50,001 bases of DNA, from the NCBI GenBank assembly GCA_018649885.1, contig JABIHA010000079.1, positions 1-50,001 on the forward strand, written 5' to 3'. This DNA comes from Bacteriovoracaceae bacterium (GTDB lineage Bacteria > Bdellovibrionota > Bacteriovoracia > Bacteriovoracales > Bacteriovoracaceae). Position numbers and translations under genes: made by a program. The notes below the pieces were generated by a model. That model saw only the letters and a program-made list of their open reading frames with translations. It was not told the origin of the DNA and did no database searches. Below are positions 1-9,196 of the stretch, in pieces; positions within the stretch are counted from its first letter, which is position 1, and the number at the start of each line of letters is the position of its first letter.

Positions 1-211
1 ATATAGAATATAAATTCACATCGGGAGAAAGCCCCTTTAACTTCCGAGTAGTTAAGAAAAACACATAGTGTAAAGTATGTGTCGCTAATAAATAGTAAAG
101 TATGTCTCGGAAAGTTCAGAATGGACCCCGGAAAGTTCAAAATTAACAAATTCCTGGCTGGCGAGGGCGACGGCGAGGTATAAGGGCAAGGTCAAAAGAA
201 AAGAAACAAAA

Positions 212-1855
212 TTATCTAAATCTCTTAGGAACTACAAAACCAAACCCAAAAAGAAGTAGCGCCATCAAAACAGTCGAAAACACCCCAAACTTCTCATAAA
301 CCGTTCTCTCATTTTGCGCTTTGAAAATAGTAAAATCGAGCACATCTTCAAGTCCGTACTCCAATCTTTTCGATTCACTTCCGTCTGGCCAAAAAATAGA
401 AGTGATTCCAGTATTGGTTGAACGGATAACAGGCAGGTTAAACTCTACTGCTCTCCATTTGCTTAAAAATAGATGTTGATATGGTTCTGAGGTTTTACCG
501 TACCAAGAATCATTGGTGACATTGATGATAAAGTCAGGTTTCTTTTCAGTATTTGAAAGATAATCTCTTAAAAAATCCGGAAAAAGAATTTCATAACAAA
601 TAAGTGTGACAAAAGAGAAGTCATTTTTGGTTTTAAAAAGAGTGTATTTGTCTCCTGCAGAAAAGTAAGAAATATTTCGAATAACTTTTGCCAGTATTTT
701 TCTTATGATAAGAGGGAAGGGGAGAGTTTCTCCAAAGGGAATAAGCTTCCACTTGTTATAAGAATCAACAAACTTTTTATTTTGATCCAAAAGGATTGTA
801 CTATTATAGGTATTTTCAAAATACAACTCACTTCTGCTTGCCAGACTTCCTAAACCCAAAGGATTTACTTTTTGAGGCTGATCATAGCCCCCAAACAATA
901 TTTGAGCGCCAGTTTTATCAATGATATCCATAAAAATTCCAGGTACTAACTGATCATTTTCCTTCATATCCTTGGTGTCAATATCAACGGGGTATGCTGT
1001 CTCTGGCCAAATGATGAGATCAAGTTCTTTCTCACTGGGGACGGTAGAATATTTAAAGTAATTTCTAAGAACCATATTGATCGCTTTATAGTGACCTTTT
1101 TCTGACTGCAGTTTTACAATATTTCCAATATTGGCCTGAACGGCCCGTACATTGATTGGCTTTTTATTTTTATCAACCTGGTAAGTAAGAGGGGAGATGA
1201 TATTGCCCCCTATAAATACTGCTGAAACAACTAGGGGGAAAACGACTGAGCTTCGATGCTTTAAATAGGAGATGGTGCTAAATACCAACCAAAAGGTGAT
1301 AAAAGAAAATCCGGGCACACCAAAGATTTTTGTCAGTCCAATATAGGGAGCCGCAACTAACCAAGGGTGTCCTGCATGGGTGGGAAATTGTTGAGGCGTA
1401 TAGACCTCAATCAAAGTATAAGATATCGACAGCAGTATTAACCTTGAATGTGTTCCTATTTTAAATTTTGGAAGTTTTGAGCTGGGGATATTGAGGGCGA
1501 TCTTTTTAATGATAAAGTACATCCATATCTGTGGAAAAATGATCAGACTAAAAACTGCAGAAAGTGCATAGTTTAGCGGAAAAGGAATATCGCCAAAAAC
1601 TTTGATTGTTTCAGCAATCCAGGCGTATCCAAAGAAGTTGGCACTCACAGAGAATGCCAAGAATAGTAGAATCTCTTGTTTGAGAGAAGGGGCACTTAGC
1701 TCCTTAAAATTAACGAAGAGACACAGAAGGCCCAAGTAAGTCCCAAGTGGAAATGAAAAGTCTGAAGAGTTAGGAAAGCCCAAGGCATAGAAACAACCAC
1801 CGAGTGCGGCAAATATATATTTATAACGACTAGTAAAAGTGATAATTTGATTCAA
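212..1855 (-). CDS. lnt: Apolipoprotein N-acyltransferase
   Basis: Multi-TM N-terminus plus nitrilase domain with Lnt motifs VQANI, WPET, YNKWKLIPFGE, ICYEI, NVTNDSWYG, RAVE and RSTNTG. Confidence 0.95.
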   Translation of the reverse strand: MNQIITFTSRYKYIFAALGGCFYALGFPNSSDFSFPLGTYLGLLCLFVNFKELSAPSLKQEILLFLAFSVSANFFGYAWIAETIKVFGDIPFPLNYALSAVFSLIIFPQIWMYFIIKKIALNIPSSKLPKFKIGTHSRLILLSISYTLIEVYTPQQFPTHAGHPWLVAAPYIGLTKIFGVPGFSFITFWLVFSTISYLKHRSSVVFPLVVSAVFIGGNIISPLTYQVDKNKKPINVRAVQANIGNIVKLQSEKGHYKAINMVLRNYFKYSTVPSEKELDLIIWPETAYPVDIDTKDMKENDQLVPGIFMDIIDKTGAQILFGGYDQPQKVNPLGLGSLASRSELYFENTYNSTILLDQNKKFVDSYNKWKLIPFGETLPFPLIIRKILAKVIRNISYFSAGDKYTLFKTKNDFSFVTLICYEILFPDFLRDYLSNTEKKPDFIINVTNDSWYGKTSEPYQHLFLSKWRAVEFNLPVIRSTNTGITSIFWPDGSESKRLEYGLEDVLDFTIFKAQNERTVYEKFGVFSTVLMALLLFGFGFVVPKRFR

Positions 1856-1934
1856 AGTTAGCCTCTTAAAAGCTTATTGTACTTTTTGAGACTAGGTCCT
1901 TGAAGTAAAAAAAGAATGATTATGGATAAATTAT

Positions 1935-1962
1935 TGATCGAAGCTTGAATAAGCTTCGATCA
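1935..1962 (-). terminator. Perfect 12-bp inverted repeat, probable terminator of the S8 protease gene
   Basis: TGATCGAAGCTT-gaat-AAGCTTCGATCA, 28 nt past the protease stop codon; the U-tract is weak. Confidence 0.55.
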
Positions 1963-1990
1963 CATCACCAGATATAATTTAAAATGTGAT

Positions 1991-3175
1991 CTATTTTGCG
2001 TAAGCTTCCACAAACTTTACATCTGAGTCACTATTAGCAAGCTTTCTCTTAGACTTATTTCTGTTAGCAACTCTTCCAGCAAGCTTTAGAGCTCTTCCAG
2101 CATTTAGGTATCCTCCAGAAGAACATTTATCGATGAGTTTTGAGTTCTTTCCAGCTGATCTTATGATAATGGCCTTGATTTGCTTACTTGATAGTTTAGG
2201 GTGCTGAGACTTAATTAGTGCAGCGACACCAGTTGCAAAAGCTGTTGCTTGACTAGTACCTGTCATTCTCCCCGATCTTCCATGTGGAAGGGCCGAGGTA
2301 ATTCTGAGTCCAGGAGCTGAAATATCAACAGTCTTTCTTCCCCAGTTTGATGTGCTTAGGATATTGAGATCCTGATCATGAGCAGTAACGGTAATGATAT
2401 TTTTTAGACCGTAACTTGCTGGGTAATAGGCCTTATTTCTTTGGTCGATATTACTTTCTTCATTTCCAGCAGCTGCTATTACAAGTATTCCCTTTTGATT
2501 GGCCTTCTTAAGGATGCTCAACTCTTGTGCTGATGGCTCTGGACCTCCACCTGAATAGTTGATGATATCTACATTCATATCAACAGCGTATTTTAAGGCC
2601 TTGATTGAAGCCTTTAGATTGTCATTATTAGTGGCCTCTGGATTATAATATTTAAGGGCCAATATTTTAACTTCTGGAAAAACACTTTTGACAATGCCAG
2701 CCACATGGGTGCCATGCCCGTGTTTATCAAAAGGAGCAGGTTTGGCCTTCTTTCCAATTGAAAAATCCATACCATAATTTGCTGAGTTAACTTTCCCAGA
2801 AAGTGAGTGAATATTTTTCTTAAGAAAAGGGTGCTTATAATCAATACCTGTATCTACAACGGCTACAACGATATCTTTCTTCTTTTTAAATACCCTCCAG
2901 GCTTCACCTAGATGAATATTTGATTTTTTTACATTTGGATGAATTCCCCAGCTAGTATATTGAGAAGTTAACTTCTTCAGGGGGTAGAATGTGTTCTTTC
3001 TATTTATAATAGATTTTTTAGATTTACTAACAGGTTGGCTATTACCGTATAACTGATCGTGGGTAATAAGTTTTACCTTCTTTGGCTTTTTGGCCAAAGC
3101 GCTGACACCAGTAAAAATAAGACTAGTTACAACAGTGCTTCTTAGTAAATGTTTTGATAATTGCCCCAGTTCCAT
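1991..3175 (-). CDS. Secreted subtilisin-like (S8) serine protease
   Basis: Catalytic triad motifs VAVVDTGID, HGHGTHVAG and GTSQATA; oxyanion AAAGNE; N-terminal signal peptide (..GVSALA). Confidence 0.93.
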   Translation of the reverse strand: MELGQLSKHLLRSTVVTSLIFTGVSALAKKPKKVKLITHDQLYGNSQPVSKSKKSIINRKNTFYPLKKLTSQYTSWGIHPNVKKSNIHLGEAWRVFKKKKDIVVAVVDTGIDYKHPFLKKNIHSLSGKVNSANYGMDFSIGKKAKPAPFDKHGHGTHVAGIVKSVFPEVKILALKYYNPEATNNDNLKASIKALKYAVDMNVDIINYSGGGPEPSAQELSILKKANQKGILVIAAAGNEESNIDQRNKAYYPASYGLKNIITVTAHDQDLNILSTSNWGRKTVDISAPGLRITSALPHGRSGRMTGTSQATAFATGVAALIKSQHPKLSSKQIKAIIIRSAGKNSKLIDKCSSGGYLNAGRALKLAGRVANRNKSKRKLANSDSDVKFVEAYAK

Positions 3176-3267
3176 TCAATCCTCATTTTAGTTAAAAACC
3201 ATCAGATTATAAATAATTTTTTTTGGGCCATGGTATTTATTAATCCATAACCCACGCTCCGTTAAAG

Positions 3268-3284
3268 AGCAAAGCAGGTGCCAA
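3268..3284 (-). promoter_or_regulatory. Sigma54 -24/-12 promoter of the S8 protease
   Basis: Minus strand reads TTGGCACCTGCTTTGCT (GG-N10-GC), about 90 nt upstream of the start. Confidence 0.75.
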
Positions 3285-3571
3285 GATTTGGAACCAGATT
3301 CAGCTAACTTAGGGAGGATGGTGAAATAATCGACGTAGAGTTATTTCAGAATTGTTCAAAAAGTATACACTTTTTGGGGGAGGAATTCCTGCAATATTAT
3401 ATATTTAGTCAAATTTACACGAGCGTTTAATCACAGTAGTGGGGCCATTTGATCAGAATTTAATCACTACATGTGTAGAAATGAACTACCCGCCTGCCTA
3501 GGGCCAAGCACTATTTTATACCAGTGATAATCTGGGACCGATCCAAGCTACTTAAACTAAATAAATTTTAG

Positions 3572-3587
3572 TGGCACATACCTTGCA
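3572..3587 (+). promoter_or_regulatory. Sigma54 -24/-12 promoter
   Basis: TGGCACATACCTTGCA (GG-N10-GC), about 80 nt upstream of the 76-aa ORF. Confidence 0.75.
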
Positions 3588-3665
3588 CCTTAAGTCAGGA
3601 ATTATGGAGTGCCCAGGAAGGCCTCCCAAGTGCGAGACATTTAAAATAGACCAAGGAGGGTTACC

Positions 3666-3896
3666 GTGAAAAAGTTATTAAACATCGAGATTATTTTTAT
3701 TGTATCAATTGTATCTATTTCAGTTTTTGGGCTTGCTCTTATGAAGAGAGGACACCGAAACGGGCATACTTTTACCAAGGCCCATGGTGAGCACATCAGA
3801 ATGATTCAAAAAATTGTCATAAAATCACTGAACACTCAAAAAGTATCCATGAGAAAAGTAGAGATTGAATTACCAAAAGTAGGAAGTGGGAGCTAG
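3666..3896 (+). CDS. Small membrane-anchored hypothetical protein
   Basis: Strong RBS AAGGAGG before GTG, N-terminal TM helix, upstream sigma54 site and downstream hairpin. Confidence 0.65.
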   Translation: MKKLLNIEIIFIVSIVSISVFGLALMKRGHRNGHTFTKAHGEHIRMIQKIVIKSLNTQKVSMRKVEIELPKVGSGS

Positions 3897-3909
3897 TGAA
3901 TTAGCTCCC
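3888..3909. terminator. Hairpin between convergent genes
   Basis: GGGAGCTA-gtgaat-TAGCTCCC. Confidence 0.5.
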
Positions 3910-3921
3910 CGAGCTTAGTTT

Positions 3922-4293
3922 TTAGTAGCCGCCTATAAACCTACTTCTTTCTCTTTCTCTCTCTTCAGCATGAACAATGCAGAGGAAGGCCCAAGGCTGG
4001 TTCTTTAGCCTCTTTTCTCCAATAAACTCCCCACACTCTTCACAAGAACCATAGGAGCCATCTTCAACACGATAGAGAGCTTCTTCAATGGCCCTTAGCT
4101 TGTCCATCTCCCTCTTTCTCATGTTAAATGTAACCTGCTGATTGATCACGCTTGTGGCGAGGTCAGTTTCGTCTGCCAAATCTTCTGCCGAGATGTGCAA
4201 ATCTTCCTTACTCGTTAAGATGCCGTGGTTTAAGATTTTATTCTTTGCATCGAGTAGGAGTTTTTTGTAACCAGAAATATTAACTTCACCCAT
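3922..4293 (-). CDS. dksA: TraR/DksA family transcriptional regulator
   Basis: Coiled-coil tip DETDLA, then YGSCEECGE.I...RL...PWA.LCIVH zinc finger. Start placed at ATG 4293 after GGAGG; the ORF track starts at 4317. Confidence 0.88.
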   Translation of the reverse strand: MGEVNISGYKKLLLDAKNKILNHGILTSKEDLHISAEDLADETDLATSVINQQVTFNMRKREMDKLRAIEEALYRVEDGSYGSCEECGEFIGEKRLKNQPWAFLCIVHAEERERERSRFIGGY

Positions 4294-4429
4294 ATATCCC
4301 TCCTTGAATATACCCAACCCAACAAAGGATGGTTAGGTGGTATCACGCATAGAAGTAATTCTATACAAAGATCCAGGGCGACATCAAGTGAAATCTTACA
4401 CTGACAGCTTTTTTAATGCCGATACCTTA

Positions 4430-4996
4430 CTACTTCCCTCTGACATGGGCCTTTAACCTTATGGTTTTACCGAGTAACCAAGTGTCTCCCTCTAGCAATT
4501 TATTCCATTTCACCCCGTATAGTATGCGGTCAATATCTGCCTCTGCTGAAAAGTAGATACTCTCTTTTTTCCAGGATTTTTTTTCCGCTCCCAGGTAGGT
4601 TAGCTTAACCTTCTGTTCTCTTGATCTATTTCTAATAGTTAAAATTCCAAGAACATCAAACTGTTTTTTTCCTACGGGTGAAATTTTTGTGGATTTAAAT
4701 GTAATCACGGGATATTTACTTACTTCAAAAAAATCTCTACTCCTAAGATGTTTGTCTCTTTTGGAATCATTTGTATAAATAGAGGGAGCACTTATTTCTA
4801 GAGAGATTGTGTTTAAAATGCCAGTTGAAACATCAAAGTCAAAATGGCCTCGAAATTTTTGAAACAGACCTTTGACTTCAGAAATTGTCATATAGGGGAC
4901 AGTAAAACTTATCTCACTTTGATTTAGATTTATATGGTATTTCTTTCCAAAACAATTGGAAGTGATGAAAAGGCTTAGAAGGAAAAAGATTTTCAT
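4430..4996 (-). CDS. YceI family polyisoprenoid-binding periplasmic protein
   Basis: Signal peptide; SI.T....RDKHLRS.DFF.V.KYP.ITFKST and G.LTIR motifs. Confidence 0.9.
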   Translation of the reverse strand: MKIFFLLSLFITSNCFGKKYHINLNQSEISFTVPYMTISEVKGLFQKFRGHFDFDVSTGILNTISLEISAPSIYTNDSKRDKHLRSRDFFEVSKYPVITFKSTKISPVGKKQFDVLGILTIRNRSREQKVKLTYLGAEKKSWKKESIYFSAEADIDRILYGVKWNKLLEGDTWLLGKTIRLKAHVRGK

Positions 4997-4999
4997 GAA

Positions 5000-6055
5000 T
5001 TACTTCTTTCGTTTTCTGTGCTTCATGTCTAACTGACGCCAAGACTTACCTTTTCTGTGCCTTCGTTTTATTTGGTATTTATCAACTGCCTTGAGGTGTT
5101 CTTTATAAGTTTTAGAAAACTTGTGAGTGCCATCATTATAGCTGACAAAATAAAGAAAGTTGTGTTTTTCAGGCTTTAGTACTGCCTCAATGGCATCAAT
5201 TCCAGGGTTAGCGATAGGCCCCTTCGGGAGTCCACTAATTTTATAAGTGTTATAGGGCGTTTTTTTGAGAAGATCTCTTTTTCGAAGATTTCCATCAAAG
5301 TTTTCATAAATCCCATAAATCGTTGTGGGATCACTTTGTAGCCTCATTCGTTTTTTTAGCCTGTTGTGAAAAACTCCAGCTATAATAGGTCTTTCAAATC
5401 CAGCTCCAGTTTCTTTTTCCACAATAGAGGCCAAGATTATGACTTGGTGGGGAGTGAGCTCTGAGTGTGCATAATCAAGCGCTGAGGTTTTCTTCCAGAA
5501 CTCTTTGATCATCATGGTGAGAACTTCTTTGGCATCTAGATCTGGAGAAAACATATAAGTATTTGGATAGAGGTATCCCTCAACAATTTCCGCAGGTATT
5601 CCATGGTCATCGGTAAAGCTTTTATTCTTCATCAGCTTAATAAGACTTTTTTTATTAGAAACACCTTTACCCGCTAGGATCTCAGCAACTTCATAAATAT
5701 TTTTTCCCTCTGGAATGGTGACTGAAATAATAATCCCCTTCCCATCCACAAACATCTGGGAAATTTCGATTAAGCTCATCCCTTTTTTTATTGGGTATGT
5801 ACCAGATTTATAGGCGGTAAGACGATCATAGTATTTTGAGTAATAGTGGAAAACTCTGGAGCTTTTTATATATCCATTTTTATGAAGCCTATAGTTAATG
5901 CTAGAAAACCCTTCACCTTTTTTTATTTCAAATCTTTTCTCAACCCCAGCATAGGGTGAGTTTAAAATTGAATAAACTTTGAAGCCTACAGGGATAATTG
6001 ATAGGAGCGGACCTAGAAGTGTAACGGCTAAAATAAGTTTCGTCTGATTTTTCAT
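5000..6055 (-). CDS. mltG: Endolytic transglycosylase MltG
   Basis: TIPEG, EGYLYPNTY, ASIVEKET, LQSDPT, PYNTY..GLP.GPI.NPG and FLYFV motifs. Confidence 0.95.
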   Translation of the reverse strand: MKNQTKLILAVTLLGPLLSIIPVGFKVYSILNSPYAGVEKRFEIKKGEGFSSINYRLHKNGYIKSSRVFHYYSKYYDRLTAYKSGTYPIKKGMSLIEISQMFVDGKGIIISVTIPEGKNIYEVAEILAGKGVSNKKSLIKLMKNKSFTDDHGIPAEIVEGYLYPNTYMFSPDLDAKEVLTMMIKEFWKKTSALDYAHSELTPHQVIILASIVEKETGAGFERPIIAGVFHNRLKKRMRLQSDPTTIYGIYENFDGNLRKRDLLKKTPYNTYKISGLPKGPIANPGIDAIEAVLKPEKHNFLYFVSYNDGTHKFSKTYKEHLKAVDKYQIKRRHRKGKSWRQLDMKHRKRKK

Positions 6056-6113
6056 ATTTCTTCTATTTTACATGAAATTGGTTTATTGCTGTTTAAAAAA
6101 GTGATCAATCTAT

Positions 6114-6566
6114 TTATTTTTGAATAAATTCCTCAAGAATAATGGCTGCTGCAAGTGCGTCTATTTGATTGGGGTCCACTTTGAAGTTGTATCTGGCTCC
6201 AGATTTCATTCGTTCCTCAGCCTCATAGCTGGACAGTGATTCATCTTGGTCGTAAAGCTGAACGCCCTCAGGGAGTTTGGATTGGAGCTTTTTCTGGAAT
6301 TTCTTCACTCTTTTGGTCATATCTGATTCCTTACCGTCGGTGTAGTAAGGAATTCCGAGAACCACCACTTCAAAGTATTCTCTTTTAATAATTTCTAGGA
6401 GCTGATCAATAAGTGTGTCGTCATTTTTATAAGCAAGTTTTCCCCACGGCATAGGAAATGGGGTATTACCTGGGCAAAAGCTTCCGAGGCCTACAATTTT
6501 CGTGCCGTAGTCGATAGCGAGTATCTCAAGGCCTTTGAATTTTACATAATTAGCGCTGTTTTTCAT
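6114..6566 (-). CDS. ruvX: RuvX/YqgF pre-16S rRNA nuclease
   Basis: LAIDYG.K..G, VVLGIP, DE.LSS.EA and ID..AA.IILE motifs; usual position upstream of mltG. Confidence 0.9.
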   Translation of the reverse strand: MKNSANYVKFKGLEILAIDYGTKIVGLGSFCPGNTPFPMPWGKLAYKNDDTLIDQLLEIIKREYFEVVVLGIPYYTDGKESDMTKRVKKFQKKLQSKLPEGVQLYDQDESLSSYEAEERMKSGARYNFKVDPNQIDALAAAIILEEFIQK

Positions 6567-6628
6567 GATAACTATTGTGCTTTTAGTACGTTAGCGACCA
6601 CTTTGCAAGAAATCAGGCCAAAATTATG

Positions 6629-6656
6629 TTGACATAAAATAGATAAAGAATAATAT
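6629..6656 (+). promoter_or_regulatory. Probable sigma70 promoter of the rho operon
   Basis: TTGACA (6629-6634), 16-nt spacer, TAATAT. Confidence 0.5.
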
Positions 6657-6803
6657 AGTCATGAATACGCTCTTCATAATGATAATCCCTGCATTGAATA
6701 ATTTAAGATTGTTAATTGGGATTATTTAAAAGTTAGAGCTGGAGAATAATCAAATACCAAATTTTATCCCGCGAGAATTCCAGATAAAAAATCAGAAGGA
6801 GTA

Positions 6804-8057
6804 GTGCAAGTGCATCTCAACGACTTAAGACTCATGGACATTAAAGATTTAGCTCAAAAGGCAGAGGGCCTAAAAATTGAAAATGCCCAAAATCTAAAAC
6901 GACACGAGTTAATTTTTTCAATCCTTACAAAACACGCCAAAGATTCAAAAGATATTTTTGGCGAGGGTGTATTAGAAACATTGCCAGATGGCTTTGGATT
7001 TTTAAGGTCCCCGCAATACAATTACCTACCCGGTGCCGATGATATTTACGTTAGCCCCAGCCAAATTAGACGATTTGGACTAAGAACAGGTGACACTGTC
7101 TCTGGCCAAATTAGACCGCCAAAAGACGGTGAAAGATATTTTGCTCTTTTAAAAGTTAATTTAATTAATTTTAGAGAACATGAGGCTCACAGAAGGGCCG
7201 TTCTTTTTGACAACTTAACACCCGTTTATCCTGATGGAAAAATGAATTTAGAGGGAAAGCCTACAGCTTATTCTACTCGAATTATCGATTTATTTGTGCC
7301 TCAGGGCTTTGGTCAAAGATGTCTTATTGTCGCCCCACCAAAAGCTGGTAAAACAGTCCTACTGCAAGATATAGCCAATGCTATTACGCAAAACCATCCT
7401 GAATCAAAATTAATTGTACTTCTGATCGATGAAAGACCTGAAGAAGTAACGGATATGAAAAGAAATGTGAACGCAGAAGTTGTTTCTTCAACTTTTGATG
7501 AGCCGGCTAATCGTCACGTGCAAGTTGCCGAGATGGTTATTGAAAAGGCAAAACGTTTGGTTGAAGCTCAACAAGATGTGGTCATTCTTCTCGATTCGAT
7601 TACCAGACTTGCAAGGGCCTACAACACTGTTGTTCCGCCGTCTGGAAAAATCCTCTCTGGTGGTGTTGACTCAAATGCTCTCCACAAGCCAAAGAGATTC
7701 TTTGGTTCAGCCAGAAATATTGAACACGGTGGATCACTTACAATTATTGCTACTGCTCTAATTGATACTGGTTCAAGAATGGACGAAGTTATTTTTGAAG
7801 AATTTAAAGGAACAGGTAACTCTGAAATTCAATTAGATAGAAAACTTATGGAAAAAAGAATCTTTCCATGTCTTGATATTAATAAATCAAGTACTAGAAA
7901 AGAAGAACTTCTTATGGATAATCTCGCACTTCAAAGACTTTATTTACTAAGAAAAGTTCTTCATCCCATGAATACATTGGATGCCATGGAGTTTATCCTC
8001 AGTAGGGTTAACAAGACTAAGACAAACCACGAGTTCCTAGAGACAATGAATTCCTAA
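6804..8057 (+). CDS. rho: Transcription termination factor Rho
   Basis: [39 protein letters not shown] and FEEFKGTGN motifs. Confidence 0.99.
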   Translation: MQVHLNDLRLMDIKDLAQKAEGLKIENAQNLKRHELIFSILTKHAKDSKDIFGEGVLETLPDGFGFLRSPQYNYLPGADDIYVSPSQIRRFGLRTGDTVSGQIRPPKDGERYFALLKVNLINFREHEAHRRAVLFDNLTPVYPDGKMNLEGKPTAYSTRIIDLFVPQGFGQRCLIVAPPKAGKTVLLQDIANAITQNHPESKLIVLLIDERPEEVTDMKRNVNAEVVSSTFDEPANRHVQVAEMVIEKAKRLVEAQQDVVILLDSITRLARAYNTVVPPSGKILSGGVDSNALHKPKRFFGSARNIEHGGSLTIIATALIDTGSRMDEVIFEEFKGTGNSEIQLDRKLMEKRIFPCLDINKSSTRKEELLMDNLALQRLYLLRKVLHPMNTLDAMEFILSRVNKTKTNHEFLETMNS

Positions 8058-9193
8058 TGATAAATATTGCACGTAATGTAAAACACAAGTTGATACTTCT
8101 GCTTAAACAGCAATACACCAGTATTGGGGGGCAAGCAGTTATTGAGGGTGTGATGATGAGATCACCCAATGCCTTTGTTGTGGCCGTGAGAAAAAATGAC
8201 GGATCAATCAGACTCAGGCGTGATCAATGGTATGGTCTTTCAAAGAAATTCCCACTCATGAAAAAACCTCTACTAAGAGGAGTACTTATGTTAGTGGAGA
8301 GTATGGCCAACGGTCTTGTTAGCTTAAACTACTCTGCCGATGTCGTGATGCATGAAGAGCTCAAAGAAGAGGCCTTGAAAAAAGGGAAATCTCTTGAAGA
8401 GTTTGAAAAAGAGCAGGCTTCAAAACAAAAGATATCAATTGCCACATTTTTAACTATTGCCGCTTCCTTTGCATTTGGAATTGGCCTTTTTATTTTCCTT
8501 CCTCACTTTCTAGCAGCACTTGTGTCTAATTATTTTGAAAAAGGTTGGGATTTAGATAGTTTTGAGTTTCATGCAATTGATGGTCTCATAAAAGGAACTA
8601 TCTTTTTGACCTATATTGGTGGAATTGGGCTGATTCCAGATATTAGAAGGGTATTTCAATATCACGGAGCTGAACATAAATCCATTTCAACATTTGAAGC
8701 TGAACAAGAACTGAAAGTTGAGAATGCTGAAAAATTCACAACTCTTCATCCAAGATGCGGAACATCTTTTTTGTTCTTCCTACTTTTCATTTCAATTGTT
8801 TTATTTTCTGGAGTATTTGCAGTAGTTCCTATTGGAAAAGGTCTGCCTCTAATTCCAAGACATATAGTCGCTGTTCTTTTTAAAATAGTATTGGTCTTTC
8901 CCATTGCAGGGATCTCTTATGAGTTGATAAAGCTTGCTGGGAAATATTCGTCAAACCCATTATCTAAATTGATTAGCCTCCCTGGGATGATGCTACAAAA
9001 GCTTACGACTCGTGAACCAGATAGGGAGCAGCTTGAAGTGGCTTTGGCCTCAATTAAAGCTGTTCTTCAGTTAGAAAAACAATATAATCTTGAGCAGGCA
9101 GACAAAAAAATCTTAACGCTTGAAGAAATTGATATAAAAGATTTAAGTGAAATTGCAGATACTAATGCTAACTTTAAAGAATTCTTAGAGTAA
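8057..9193 (+). CDS. DUF1385 family membrane protein
   Basis: IGGQAVIEGVMMR, FQYHGAEHK, HPRCGTSF and LTTREP motifs; conserved rho-prfA neighbourhood. Confidence 0.9.
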   Translation: MINIARNVKHKLILLLKQQYTSIGGQAVIEGVMMRSPNAFVVAVRKNDGSIRLRRDQWYGLSKKFPLMKKPLLRGVLMLVESMANGLVSLNYSADVVMHEELKEEALKKGKSLEEFEKEQASKQKISIATFLTIAASFAFGIGLFIFLPHFLAALVSNYFEKGWDLDSFEFHAIDGLIKGTIFLTYIGGIGLIPDIRRVFQYHGAEHKSISTFEAEQELKVENAEKFTTLHPRCGTSFLFFLLFISIVLFSGVFAVVPIGKGLPLIPRHIVAVLFKIVLVFPIAGISYELIKLAGKYSSNPLSKLISLPGMMLQKLTTREPDREQLEVALASIKAVLQLEKQYNLEQADKKILTLEEIDIKDLSEIADTNANFKEFLE

Positions 9194-9196
9194 ACT

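Noticed and set aside
21..195. CRISPR array or retron msr-msd
   Set aside because: The repeats are short, come in only two copies and lack spacer periodicity; no cas or RT gene is visible.
4418..4425. GCCGATAC sigma28 -10-like box
   Set aside because: No matching -35 box at the right spacing, and it points antisense into yceI.
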